Positions 35,500 to 46,317 of a stretch of DNA of 46,317 nucleotides are shown piece after piece. Location of the stretch: positions 45,649,684 through 45,696,000 of the forward strand of contig CM059434.1 of assembly GCA_030390025.1 (NCBI GenBank). Reading direction: 5' to 3'. Under the pieces are notes generated by a model. That model saw only the letters and a list, made by a program, of their open reading frames with translations, made no database searches and was not told the DNA's origin. This DNA is from Squalus acanthias (lineage: Eukaryota). Made by a program: the position numbers and the translations under genes. How positions within the stretch are numbered: position 1 is the stretch's first letter; the number at the start of each line of letters is the position of its first letter.

Positions 35500-35985
35500 T
35501 ATGGGTTCTGCATCAATGGGCTGTGGCAGAGAATTCTGTATTTTAACAATCATCTGATTAAAAACATTTGTTCTAACCTTTGTTCAATTAATGTTGTGAT
35601 TAGCTTAAATGTGTACCTTCTCAACACCATCCTGCTGACCATTGGAAACCATCTATTACTATTTATAATCCTTCATCATGTTGAAGACCTCACAACGCAC
35701 CTTAACCTTCTCAGTTCTAGTAAAAACACCCTAGCTTCTCATGCTTCCCTTCATAACTGTAAAGTCTTGGGATATTTTTCTACATTAAAGGTGCTATATA
35801 AATGCAACTTGTTGTTGTAGCACCTTTATCCCTGGTAACATCCTGGTGAATCTATGCTGCACCTTTTTGTTGCTTTAATATCCTTTCTATCCCAAAACTC
35901 TACACTGTAATCGAATGCCAGCTTAAGGTGTTGTACAAGTTCAACATTGCCTCCTTATTTTTGTAATCTATGCTTCTAGATACAA
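35500..35985 (-). mobile_element. Highly degraded CR1-like fragment interrupted by a short L2/SINE tail (about 35755-35818)
   Basis: ccctggtaacatcctggtgaatctatgctgcacc and ttgtacaagttcaacat remnants. Confidence 0.5.
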
Positions 35986-37654
35986 GAGTGAATTAATATT
36001 TAGTCTGAGCAAATAAAGCCGTTGGAAAAAAATGGTTGAGTTTTTAAATGGTTACAACTTACACTTTTCTTTAAGCAATCAATATTTGATTGTGATAATG
36101 GTTGAGTTAATATTTGATTGTAAACATAGTCATGATTATAATTATTTTTGTATAAATTCAATTGCTGATAAATGTTTAGGGCATTAGGTAATGTGCTGCA
36201 GTTTGGTTGGGCTTGCCACAGGAATTTGATTTGAGGTGTCACAGAATTCTAGGGACCCCGACTGTAATTAAGCAAAATCCAGCGTCACTTTTTGAGTTAT
36301 TTTAATACATATTTTCTCAGTTATTGTTTCACTGGCCAATCTATAAGTAAACCTGGTGTCTCCTACGATCTGGCTACGTATTTTTTGTCCAATATTTAGG
36401 TAAATGATAGTGAGAGCCAGGGACTGCAACAATTAACCCTTAATCGGAACACCGCCTACTGGAATATGTCATGTGACACCACGCGACTTTCCTTTTCGAA
36501 CAGTGGCCGAGATATAAAGTTACGGAATCAAGATGCAAATTTTGGACCAATAAGTGGCTTTATTTACATAAGATGATTGAACAGTAAACAATACAACAGT
36601 GATATATACATTCTTGTACACATCAATTACATTATAAAAGTAATGAGGCCACTCGCTTTCTCTCTAAACATAGACTCTAAACAGAAATCCACTTATTGTA
36701 AATGCTATTTAGTTTACCTCCCTGGCTAGGCTGGCACTGATTTTAAAACCATAGCGCCTTGCAACTTTTGGCTGCAATATTCACCAAATGATTGCTTGCT
36801 GATTTCCAATATAATTCTGTGAGAGGTGTGCTCTGGCTGCTGAGCAGTCAACTCAAAGGACTCACGCCAATCAGTGACCCTACCCATTTTTGAAATGGTC
36901 TCCAACAGCTGTCAGTCACTATCCAAACCTGGGGCCTGTCATTTGATCGGTGCCCAGGTAACTTGTGGACATCCTGACACCAAAGCAACAGATGATACAC
37001 CTCTTATGATTTCATTAAAACAAACAGGCATTCATCAATATTGAATGAGAGCAAACTCTGATAATGGCCCAAGTCGTTGAATGTGATAACTCCATCCAGT
37101 CGACACCTTGAACCTACAACTGTCCCCAGCCTTATCAATTCACACTTATGAAGACCACTGCAGCCAGCTCAGTTGGAACTGAGCTAATATGTTCTTCTTT
37201 AAGAAATCCTTTATATCTTAGGTGTTAACTTCTTACATGAGGTTTCTAGCAGTACAAAATATTACGTTAAAAAAATTCAATATAGGCAAAAATCAATTTT
37301 CACACACACAGCTAGTGCTGAGATATTGGGATATGCACAATTAAATGAATTGTGTTTATAATGGTTTAGATTTGTTTTTAATCACTTTACTCTTACCATA
37401 ATCACCGATATCAAAGCTTGTCATGGTTCTAATTGTATTATCACAGATAACCCAAATAAATTGCTGAAAGTAATGTATTTCTGTGTATGATTTACATTTG
37501 AAGCCTCTGTAAAGTAAGAGTTAATTGCACTTCATTCATTGTTGTGCTTTCTTGGTTCTGTTGACAAACTTGGCTGCCTTCAATTGTCAATATCTTTTGG
37601 ACTGTCATGTAGGATGATTCAAAGTGAGTTAATTTAGGTACCATATATGAATGT

Positions 37655-37770
37655 ACAGACAGGCAGGAAAGTGGAGTTGAGGCCAAGATCAGATTAGCCA
37701 TGATCTTATTGAATGGAGGAGCAGGCTCGAGGGGCCGAATGGCCCTACCTGCTCCTGTTTCTTATGTTCT
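37655..37770 (+). mobile_element. Isolated CR1/SINE-type 3' tail
   Basis: agatcagattagccatgatcttattgaatgg..gaggggccgaatggcc..ttcttatgttctt. A similar tail lies at 12455-12552. Confidence 0.75.
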
Positions 37771-38428
37771 TAAATTCAAAATTAATTTTGTGTGTGTGTA
37801 AGGGATGGAGGAAGAAGCATTTGATACCCTTCCAACTACTATAGGCTGCATATTGGAATTTTTCAGTAGAATATTTCCTACACATTGTGCAAGATTTAGC
37901 TTTCACATTTTCTAACATCCCCTTCTTGGCATGTGGGATAATAGATTACTTCAAATCATTAATATTGAGATATGTATTGGTAATTCATCTGGATAAAATT
38001 ATCTTTTTGTATCTTCTAAAATCAGATAAAATTACTTGACCATTTCATTGTTCAAGTGAAATGTGTCCCTCATAATATTGTTTGCTTTATAAATTGCAAT
38101 GGTAAATGAGACAGGATTATTAAGGTGTACAGACTGATGCACAATATGCATAAAGCATGAGAAAGGGGCTCTATTTTGAAAGATAGATTAACATTTTGGG
38201 TCGATCAGTGATGACTAATGATTATTTTTAACCTATGTTTCTTCTCTCATACTGATGAACCTGGTGTATTTTCTATTTTTATTTATGCTCTTAACATTAG
38301 CTGACCTGTTTTTCTTCACTATTCACACAGTTTGGTGTTTTACAAACTGCCTCGTAACACTGAGTCTGGGCACCCCTCTGCTTTCTGAGGGAATGACAGT
38401 GGAGTGTTGTGTTGGGTATCTTTTACAC

Positions 38429-39475
38429 CAGGGGTTCTCAACCAGGGGTCCGCGAGAAGATGTCAAAGGGTCCGCCAGCCAATCGGTGCGAGGAAAAAGC
38501 AAGACCCTCCTGAAGCACGTCAGTGACTGGACATGCCTGCCAATCACACGGTTGCCATCAAGGTTAGCTTACAACGCAGCTGCCTGCCTGGAGTCAGGGT
38601 TGCCGGGGCGAAGGTGCAGTGGGAGTGGAGCCCGAGGGAATTATTTATTAGATAGTCAAAGGCAAGTCAATAAGTACCTCAACAACCCAAGTGTTTATCA
38701 GCATGCAATCCTAGCCAGTAACAAGTGTAGTTTTAACTATTCAGGTTACACCCTCCGCCTGGCAGCCTGATTGTACTGTTATCAAGCTCAGAGCTTCAGT
38801 AATCTCCTGATTACAGTAATAGGAAATGCACAGTAACAACATTCTCTTTAAAGCTTAGTCACTGAATTATTTTAGTTACAATCCACTACCGTCTATTTCC
38901 CACAGGGGCTTTGTTGAAGGTACAGTGCTATCCGGCTTGCTACCAACTAGAAGTTCAAGGTCATAAATAATGCCTACCCATGATCATTTGTCTTAGTTAA
39001 ATGTTGCAGATGTGTATTTAATCATCGAGTACTAGATTCATATATTCAGTTGGTTTTTAAAATCTTCACGAAAGAAGGAGCATGCATGTTTTCATGTATG
39101 CATTAAATTGAATGTTATCCATGATTTGAAAACAAAATAACCTCCTCCACGCCCAGCAATTATGTAATTTGGTGAACTAGGAGCCAGCAGCAGCGGATTG
39201 GTTTCTGCTTGAGATTGTTTCCTGCTTGGCACACAACAGCTCACTGGTAACTTTTCAGGGGGTTGCGTACTTGGATTTCAGGAAAATGCCGCATTCGTGT
39301 AACCTCTATGCCTTAGTTGATTCAATTTCTCCTGTTATTATTTCACCTTTTAAAACATAACTAAAAATCTTGCAATCGCTTATACAGAAAAAAATACTTG
39401 TGTTACAGGGGGTCCGTGGAACTTTTATAACACGGGAGGGGGGTGCCTCAGAAGCAAAAAGGTTGAGAACTCCTG
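38429..39475. mobile_element. Non-autonomous hAT (Charlie-like) element
   Basis: TIRs CAGGGGTTCTCAACC / GGTTGAGAACTCCTG, with 8-bp TSD TTTTACAC (38421-38428) and CTTTACAC (39476-39483). Subterminal GGGGTCCG repeats; no transposase ORF. Confidence 0.9.
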
Positions 39476-42400
39476 CTTTACACTACATGTAAATCCGTGT
39501 TCATTTAAATATCTAAGTCTCTTTTTTTATATTTCTGATCAATAAAATGTAAGCTTGAATTACAAACTACAAATTGAATTCCTGGAAGACAATTATTCTT
39601 TGAATAATTCTTTTGAAGTATGAATTTAGCTGGGAAAGCAATAGAGGGCGCCATGCACTTAAGACCTTATACAAGGGTAACAGTAAGCAATCCAACTGAT
39701 ACCAGTAGCTTCAGATGTTATATCCTGATGTTTGCACTTTGAATACATGGCTTTTTTATTACGTAGTGTGAGGATGGAAAGAAAGAGGAAATTCAGATGG
39801 TGAATAACAAAACCAAAGGCTGAAGAGAAAATGTTTCCTTGCATTTCTGAGGATTGGGTTTCTGAAGAGTAGGAACAGACAAAAATAACTAACAATTTGG
39901 GAGACCTTGGTCATTTTTTGTGACTGTAGATATACATGATAAATATGTTTCAGAAATAGCTAGAATTAAGTTGTCTTAGCTTACTCCACTTCAAACTGTA
40001 GACTGGAGCCCCACAGCAACACTGGCAGATTTCTGATCTGTAGTTACAGAAGCTTAACTCTAGAGGGTAGATTTTTTGAGTCCTCAATCACTGCCAGCAC
40101 ATTGACCTGCTTAATGTTTACTATTTTCCCCTTCAAACTGACTTTATTTAGTAGTTCAGTTGCAGTGAGACTGGAGTGAAATGTAAATTAGACCAAAATG
40201 TGTGTGTTTGGGGTTGGAAAACTGATTAAGAGATGCTAACATAACTGCTTGAAAGAAAATAAAATGGATATTCGGTAGGCTGATTAAACTGAATTAACAG
40301 CAGTCTTGATGAGTTTACTAAAAATAACCCTAGCTGTGTTCTGTGCAGGTGTGAACCACTAATCATAACACACCAGCATACCCCAGGTATTGTATAGAAC
40401 AAAGAGAATAATAGAGTGGATTGGTATAGTTCAAAATGTGCTATGTCGCCCACTTTCAAAACTAAATAACTGTGATTCAGGAAAAAAATCTGAGTTGCAT
40501 GGACAACCTCACTTGAAATATTAGTGAATTGTTTTCTATTTGGAAGCTGTTAAGAGCTCTGTTTAAAAATGAAACTTTTAAAACTATCAGATTTAATTGT
40601 TGCTTTGCTAGTGCAAAAGAAACCTCTCCCTGAAAGTCTGAAATGTGTAGTATTAATTGTGTAGCTACATTAAACAATGCTGTTGGTGGGATTACCTGCA
40701 AGAAAGGTATTGATTTTCTGTACAGGGTATCGTACCACAGAAGCTTTTGTAGGTTGTTCTGCTTTCAATTTACACTGGATTTTCTCTTTCCTAGAGCCCT
40801 TGTGTCCAATATTGTTGGGACACAGAAACCACTCAGAATTTCAAATCCAATTTGTTTTTTCTTTAGGATCCTCAACTGTCGCGTTGTCAATCGTTTGTAC
40901 ATTACGTGCATTTAAGACTTTCTGGATGATTTCTCAATCTTGTTTCATGCAGTAGGTGTGAAACATAGGATTTTATTTCTACAAATTACTACACAATGCC
41001 CTTGCAATTAATGCATATGTTTTATATAACTATTGTCTTTTTTTTACAAATCCATTTATATTTAGGATCATTGGTTAATGCTAATTTCTCTTACTGCATG
41101 GGATTCCAACTTTCTTTGCAGCATTTTGGGGATCAAATTCCACAATTCTGTCCATTTTCCCATGAAAAATGTAAATCAGTTGCCTTACATTATGGTGCAT
41201 TTATACTGTAGCTACCAGTCTGATTCTAGGCAATATCTAATTTATTATACCAGCTTCCAACTGCATTTGTTCTACCCATAAGGGAGATTGATACATGTGT
41301 ACTTCACAGCAGTTACATTTTAAATGTTTACAGAGCACAGCAGGAACATTTGAATTCTCTAAGCATTTTAAATCAACTCCAGGTAAGTTTTTTTTTAAAT
41401 GCCTAGGTGATTGAAGAGGTCTTTGAGCATTTTTTTAAACCAGGTTTGACAGCACTCTGGTGTTAAACTTCATGTGGTATCAAAATCCAAGCAATGAAAT
41501 GACCTCCTCCAGGGAGTTTCATCACTAGGCTCTGAAGTTGAGCTGGGTTGGGACTTGACCCGAGTTGTTGCAAAGCAAGAATTGACACCGAAGCTGCACA
41601 TAAACACACCCTTACTGTATCTAAATAGTTTGGTTTCTACTGGAAAATCAGTCTCTTGTATTAACTTTTTAAGTTGCAAATCTTGATGTGCATGTAAGGG
41701 GGAGTGCTCAGTTATTGGCATGGCTTATTTTTTTTAAATTGGGTTTCTACTTATGCTGCTACTGTATATTTTGCAGATGCAGGTCAGATAAACTGGTTCC
41801 AGATATAAGTTCTCAATGTTTGCTTTCAATCTTTGGTTGTAATGATGAAACTATGTAGCATCTGCGGTATTCTGATTTTAGAAAATATGCATCAGTCTGG
41901 GAGCTGTGGTAAACTCTCTCACTTGCACTCAACTATGTGCTCCTAATTATCATAGACTAACTGTTTCAGTAATCAATAATAATCAGGGAAGCTTTTCCTA
42001 AAATGTATGGGTGCAATGACTGGGTGAGCTTGAGCCCTGAATCGGGCCATCTATTGTAAATAATTTGAATAGCAAACGTAGCAAGCTTATAACGGAAGTT
42101 TTGATGGGAGGACATTATTGCCAAAAAAGATCTTTAGATTGATCAATTTCTGTTAATTCACTGATTACTTTAATAAGATGTTGACTTGATGGGGTTAGGG
42201 CCCAATTACCCTGTAAATCAATTCTCTCAGGCTGGAGGACTGAGCCTTGTAAACGAGTCTCCCTCCACACCACAAAGGATTTTTCTTTGGTTTTAGATCA
42301 ACTCTTGTGTTAAACTGAAATATAGTAGATTAAGATCTCTAATGTTGGTTGGATGTACCTCGAGATATCTTTTTAATAACCATATTTTAGGGCACTTTCC

Positions 42401-43559
42401 AGGATGGTTTCTTCATTTGTGTTTATTGTGAATGTAAGAATTACCACAGAATTAATTCAATTATTAGACTGGAGATTCAATATTTACGGGGTGAATTCAG
42501 TTGTCTTTCTTCGTACTTTTCACGTAAATTCTTCATAATTGGTAGTTTAGTAGCAAATATCAGTGTAATTTTATTTGACGATAATGAGAAGGAATTAACG
42601 ACGTCGAACCTGGTGAACGCCCATACATTTTTACATTTAAACTGCCATTCCAATGGTTTAAAAAGTGAAGTGGTTTGAAAGAAAACGCACGGAAGGATAG
42701 GCTCACCCAGGTACTCGAGGAGTGCGTACACTTGCATTGCTATGGGTTTGTAAACTGTTAATGCACTCTGAGGAAACTAGCTATTGGAACAGGGAAACGA
42801 CCGATGAGAGAACGTTACCGCTGATCTTGAATGTTGTTGCCACAAAGCAACAGACCGAAAAATGTGCTTTCCATGTGTTAAGTACTCGGGAGTATAGTAG
42901 TTTGAGGCATACATATTAAAAATGATCATATGCTGGTTTTAGTGTCCGAGGCTGGGGTGATTCTGCGCAGTACTTGGGTGGGATGTATAAGCTAGATCTG
43001 AATGACTTGGGGAATGTGATCCCAATCAGAACATTCATGTGATTGACTTGTGGAGGCATAAAAAGCCACATAAAAGGTATTGTGCGCAGAGTACTTATTT
43101 ACTGCTCGATCGGGGCTCTCAGTTTGTATGATTATAACGCTGCCGAGTTCTTAGGACAGTTGTAACGGCGCTTTACTGGAAACGATCCGTTAGCCCTCTT
43201 CAGAATTTGGACTTTCGTCCTATCCTACACTTCAATAGCGATTTTGTTCCCCGTCTGAGATACTTACTGTGTGAGCAATGCTTCGCCGATCAGCGAATCC
43301 GACGATAGTTAAGCGTTGGGGATGAGGAACTGTTAACTTCAGCACTTCTACCTACCAAGAGCCCCAATCTCCTGTCACTTAATGACACCGTCTGGAGGTT
43401 TATTTCTTCACAAAGTTGCTTCTGAGACTAACGCGTTTTAACTAGATCCACACAAAAAAAACGCACCAGTTGAAAGAGTTCCCATTTAAAAAAAAAACTA
43501 CCTTTTTTGTATCTGAAAAGTTTAAGGTAGTGAGCGATCTCGATATGGTTTTTGGATGG

Positions 43560-45240
43560 CTCCCAGAGCAGTGCAGGCCTCCTCCTCCTCGGCATCAGCG
43601 GGGAAGCGCCGGTCAAGACTCCTCGGACTGGGGAGCCGAGGCCCTCCTCCTCAGCGAGCCCCGCGAGGGGAAGATGTCGAAGGTGGCGGTGCCGGTGCCG
43701 GCGCCCTGCTCGTCGGCCCGCTCCAGCTGGCGGGCGCCGAGGGGCGGCGTGGGCACCTTGACGGTGTTGCCGAACTTGGAGTAGTCGACCGAGTAGCGGC
43801 CCTCCTCCTCGCTCACCACCGGCACGAAGCGGTGGCCCCACAGGATCTCGTCGGCCAGGTAGGAGGTGCGGGCCTGGGTGGTGATGCCGGTGGTCTCCAC
43901 CACCCCTTCCAGGATGACCACCACCTCGAAGTCCTGGCGGTGGAGGTCGGCGGCCGAGAGCTGGTAGAGCGGGCTGCCGCGGTCCATGACGTGCACGATG
44001 ATGAGCGGCGACACCAGGAAGATGGCGCCGCCCGCCGAGCTGTCCATCTCCACGTCGATCTGGTCGAGCGGCAGCACCTCGCCTTCACCCGTCGCCGTCC
44101 GCCGCACCACCTGCATGCGGATGCTGGCGCTGATGATCATGCTCTTGCGCAGGTCGCCCACGCGGCACATGAGGCACAGGCGCCCGTTGCGGGGCGCGAT
44201 GACGGCGTGCTTGCTGAAGATGAGCGTCTCGGCCCGCCGGTGGGCCTGCGAGGTCTTCATGAAGATGCAGCCCAGCATGATGGCGTTGATGACCAGGCCC
44301 ACGATGTTCTGCACGATCAGCACGGTGATGGCGGCCGGGCACTCCTCGGTGATCATGCGGCCGCCGAAGCCGATGGTGACCTGCACCTCGATGGAGAAGA
44401 GGAAGGCCGAGGTGAACGAGTGCAGGCTGGTGATGCAGGGCACGGCGGGCGGCTCGCTGCGGTGCAGGTCGCCGTGGGCGAAGGCGATCAGCCACCAGAT
44501 CATGGCGAAGAGCAGCCAGCTGCACAGGAAGCTCATGGTGAAGATGAGCAGCGTGTGGCGCCACTTGAGGTCCACCAGGGTGGTGAAGACGTCCTGCAGG
44601 AAGCGGCCCTGCTCTCGGATGTTGGTGTGCGCCACATTGCAGGCGCCGTTCTTGGCCACGAAGCGCACCTTGCGCTGCTTCTGCTTGTAGCGGGGCTGCG
44701 ACACGTCCTCCACCAGCCGCAGCACATACTCCTCGGGGACGAGGCCTTTTCTGGCCAACATCTCCGGCCCATCGCCAGGCGGGCTTCAAAGAGAGAGAGA
44801 GAGAGAGACGGAGCGACCCAGCTCAGGCTCACCTCAGCCCGGCCAACGCTCTGCGCACCAGCTGGCCGGGAGATCGAGGGAGGGATGAGATGAGACGAGG
44901 GGAGGGGAGGACAAGACATCGCGGCTTGCAGCCGCCCGGCTGGCGCCGCCAATCATGGCAGTAACCGGATAGGGGCGGCCATTGGGGAGGATGAGGGCAT
45001 CGAGTGCCTGGGAATAAATAACCCGCCCAGCAGGGACTGGGAGCCCGGCTCAGCGCGGTCCATATTGCGGAGGATGGGAGGGCTGGACACCGGCTCTCTC
45101 TGCCCTCCCCTTCACCCCCTGTGGGAGAGCGGCCCCCCGGGGGCTTGGGGGGGGAACCGGCCACTTTCTCCCCGCTCTGGCTCGGGGGGTTTAGCGGCAG
45201 CTCCTCGATGGGCTCCAACAGACAGCTCGCCGTGCGCACG
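43560..45240. promoter_or_regulatory. CpG island over the KCNJ11 CDS and 5' region, with CCAAT and GC boxes
   Basis: Abrupt GC/CpG-rich block in AT-rich background. CCAAT at 44949-44953, GGGGCGG at 44972-44978, ATTGG at 44981-44985, (GA)9 at 44791-44808. Confidence 0.7.
43613..44761 (-). CDS. KCNJ11: ATP-sensitive inward rectifier K+ channel Kir6.2, intronless CDS, 382 aa
   Basis: [40 protein letters not shown] filter..[17 protein letters not shown], and C-terminal LRRR (RxR ER-retention type). The short extracellular loop and single exon favour KCNJ11 over KCNJ8. Confidence 0.95.
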   Translation of the reverse strand: MLARKGLVPEEYVLRLVEDVSQPRYKQKQRKVRFVAKNGACNVAHTNIREQGRFLQDVFTTLVDLKWRHTLLIFTMSFLCSWLLFAMIWWLIAFAHGDLHRSEPPAVPCITSLHSFTSAFLFSIEVQVTIGFGGRMITEECPAAITVLIVQNIVGLVINAIMLGCIFMKTSQAHRRAETLIFSKHAVIAPRNGRLCLMCRVGDLRKSMIISASIRMQVVRRTATGEGEVLPLDQIDVEMDSSAGGAIFLVSPLIIVHVMDRGSPLYQLSAADLHRQDFEVVVILEGVVETTGITTQARTSYLADEILWGHRFVPVVSEEEGRYSVDYSKFGNTVKVPTPPLGARQLERADEQGAGTGTATFDIFPSRGSLRRRASAPQSEES

Positions 45241-45602
45241 GAATTTCATTTCTCGCCTGGCAATTAAATAGTGCCCCGAATGCCATTGGCTGTGACATTT
45301 GAGTGGAGCACTTTTGTTTTAATTATGTTACAAACCATTAGCCTGAATGCAGCCTGATTTTTTAAGAATTCGCGGAGAGAGATGACGCAGTTCAGCCAAG
45401 GTTTCACCCAAGGTGACGGGGCTGTACGCTGCGCCATCTCTCCTGCCCCGTGCGGTTCATCGGATTTGAATGGCAGGACAAAACTTTTCAGGTTCGGCTG
45501 GACATCCGCACCACCCTTTGATATTTTGAACCTGGCTGTAGGAAGCGAGTTCCAGCACTGCGGGCGTAGCAGAGGGATTAGTCATGTGGTAGTGGTTACA
45601 TT

Positions 45603-46317
45603 GCCGGATTTTGCGGTCAACGGGGCGTTTGCGCTGGAATCTGCTGTGATTAGAGCGCCACTTCCGCGCAGTCTCCACAGGGGATCTGGGACCTGTGTGA
45701 ACAGGGCACTGTCTCCATAAATAATCAGATTGAAAAATTGTTACTGAGCAGCTTAGAGTCTGAACCAGGAAGTGTAAGTTAGAATAGTGAATTCAATGTC
45801 AAATCGGGTACAGAAAGCGAAATAAAGAGAGATAGATGGGGTTAAGAGAGAGACAAAAGAGACAGAAAGAAAAAGATGGAAAAAATATTTAGTTTATTAA
45901 AGTTTTAAAATAATTTTAAATCTCCAACAATAATTAAAATATGAAGGTATGAGACTCGACACTTACATAACTTAATTTTCAGTGCCAGAGAGGTTGCTTG
46001 GCAGTAATTAAGACTTTTCACACCTTAAAATTTTTATTTACACTGGAATGGACAAGCCCTAACTTTTTCTGGCGAGTTTAGTGTGTATCTATCATGTAAG
46101 TACAGCAACTTTACGCTGTTCCATGTGTTTCAATGCCGAGTCTCTTGGCAAGATACTGTTAAAGCGAAGTTTCTAGAGGAGCAGGGCAACTGGAACAGCA
46201 ACTTCCTGATTTCCGCATTTAACTGCACATGTGCTGTCACCAGAAGTTGCTGTTCGATTAACACCTTAATAAAGATGAGTGCTGATAGCCTCACTGTTAT
46301 TTTTACTGCAAATTCCG
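45603..46317. mobile_element. Non-autonomous Harbinger-like DNA element reaching the window edge
   Basis: Begins GCCGGATTTTGCGG and ends CTGCAAATTCCG (inverted match). Related partial copies lie at 20716 and 22880. Confidence 0.65.

Noticed and set aside
36000-43400. Short ORFs (e.g. 38255-38770, 40643-40955) and possible minus-strand polyA signals (about 36560, 42422, 43399)
   Set aside because: No recognisable domains or consistent splice signals, and one ORF runs into a hAT element. The true KCNJ11 3' end cannot be chosen from sequence alone.
43613-44761. KCNJ8 (Kir6.1) assignment because of the MLARK start
   Set aside because: The intronless CDS, short extracellular loop, short C-terminus and NCR3LG1-like neighbour fit KCNJ11.
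43556-44893. 445-aa + strand ORF and other overlapping ORFs
   Set aside because: Antisense and alternate-frame shadows of the GC3-rich KCNJ11 CDS.

Overview
Vertebrate genomic DNA, almost certainly from a cartilaginous fish (inferred from shark-type CR1/HER1-like LINEs, Deu-type SINEs and Penelope elements). It holds two convergent genes. (1) A + strand immunoglobulin-superfamily gene, of which nine phase-1 coding exons lie in the window (450-21581, about 947 aa; the leader exon is upstream). Its V and C1 domains resemble B7-H6/NCR3LG1, and its position matches the human NCR3LG1-KCNJ11 tail-to-tail arrangement. After a clear type-I transmembrane exon the frame continues through SIX further C1-type Ig exons (about 680 aa). 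These would form a cytoplasmic Ig array, and some have lost their canonical cysteines. (2) An intronless, GC-rich KCNJ11 (Kir6.2) CDS on the - strand (43613-44761). Introns and intergenic DNA contain CR1, L2, Penelope (with minimal hammerhead ribozyme motifs), Harbinger, hAT and Tigger-like elements, plus a 1 kb G-rich minisatellite.
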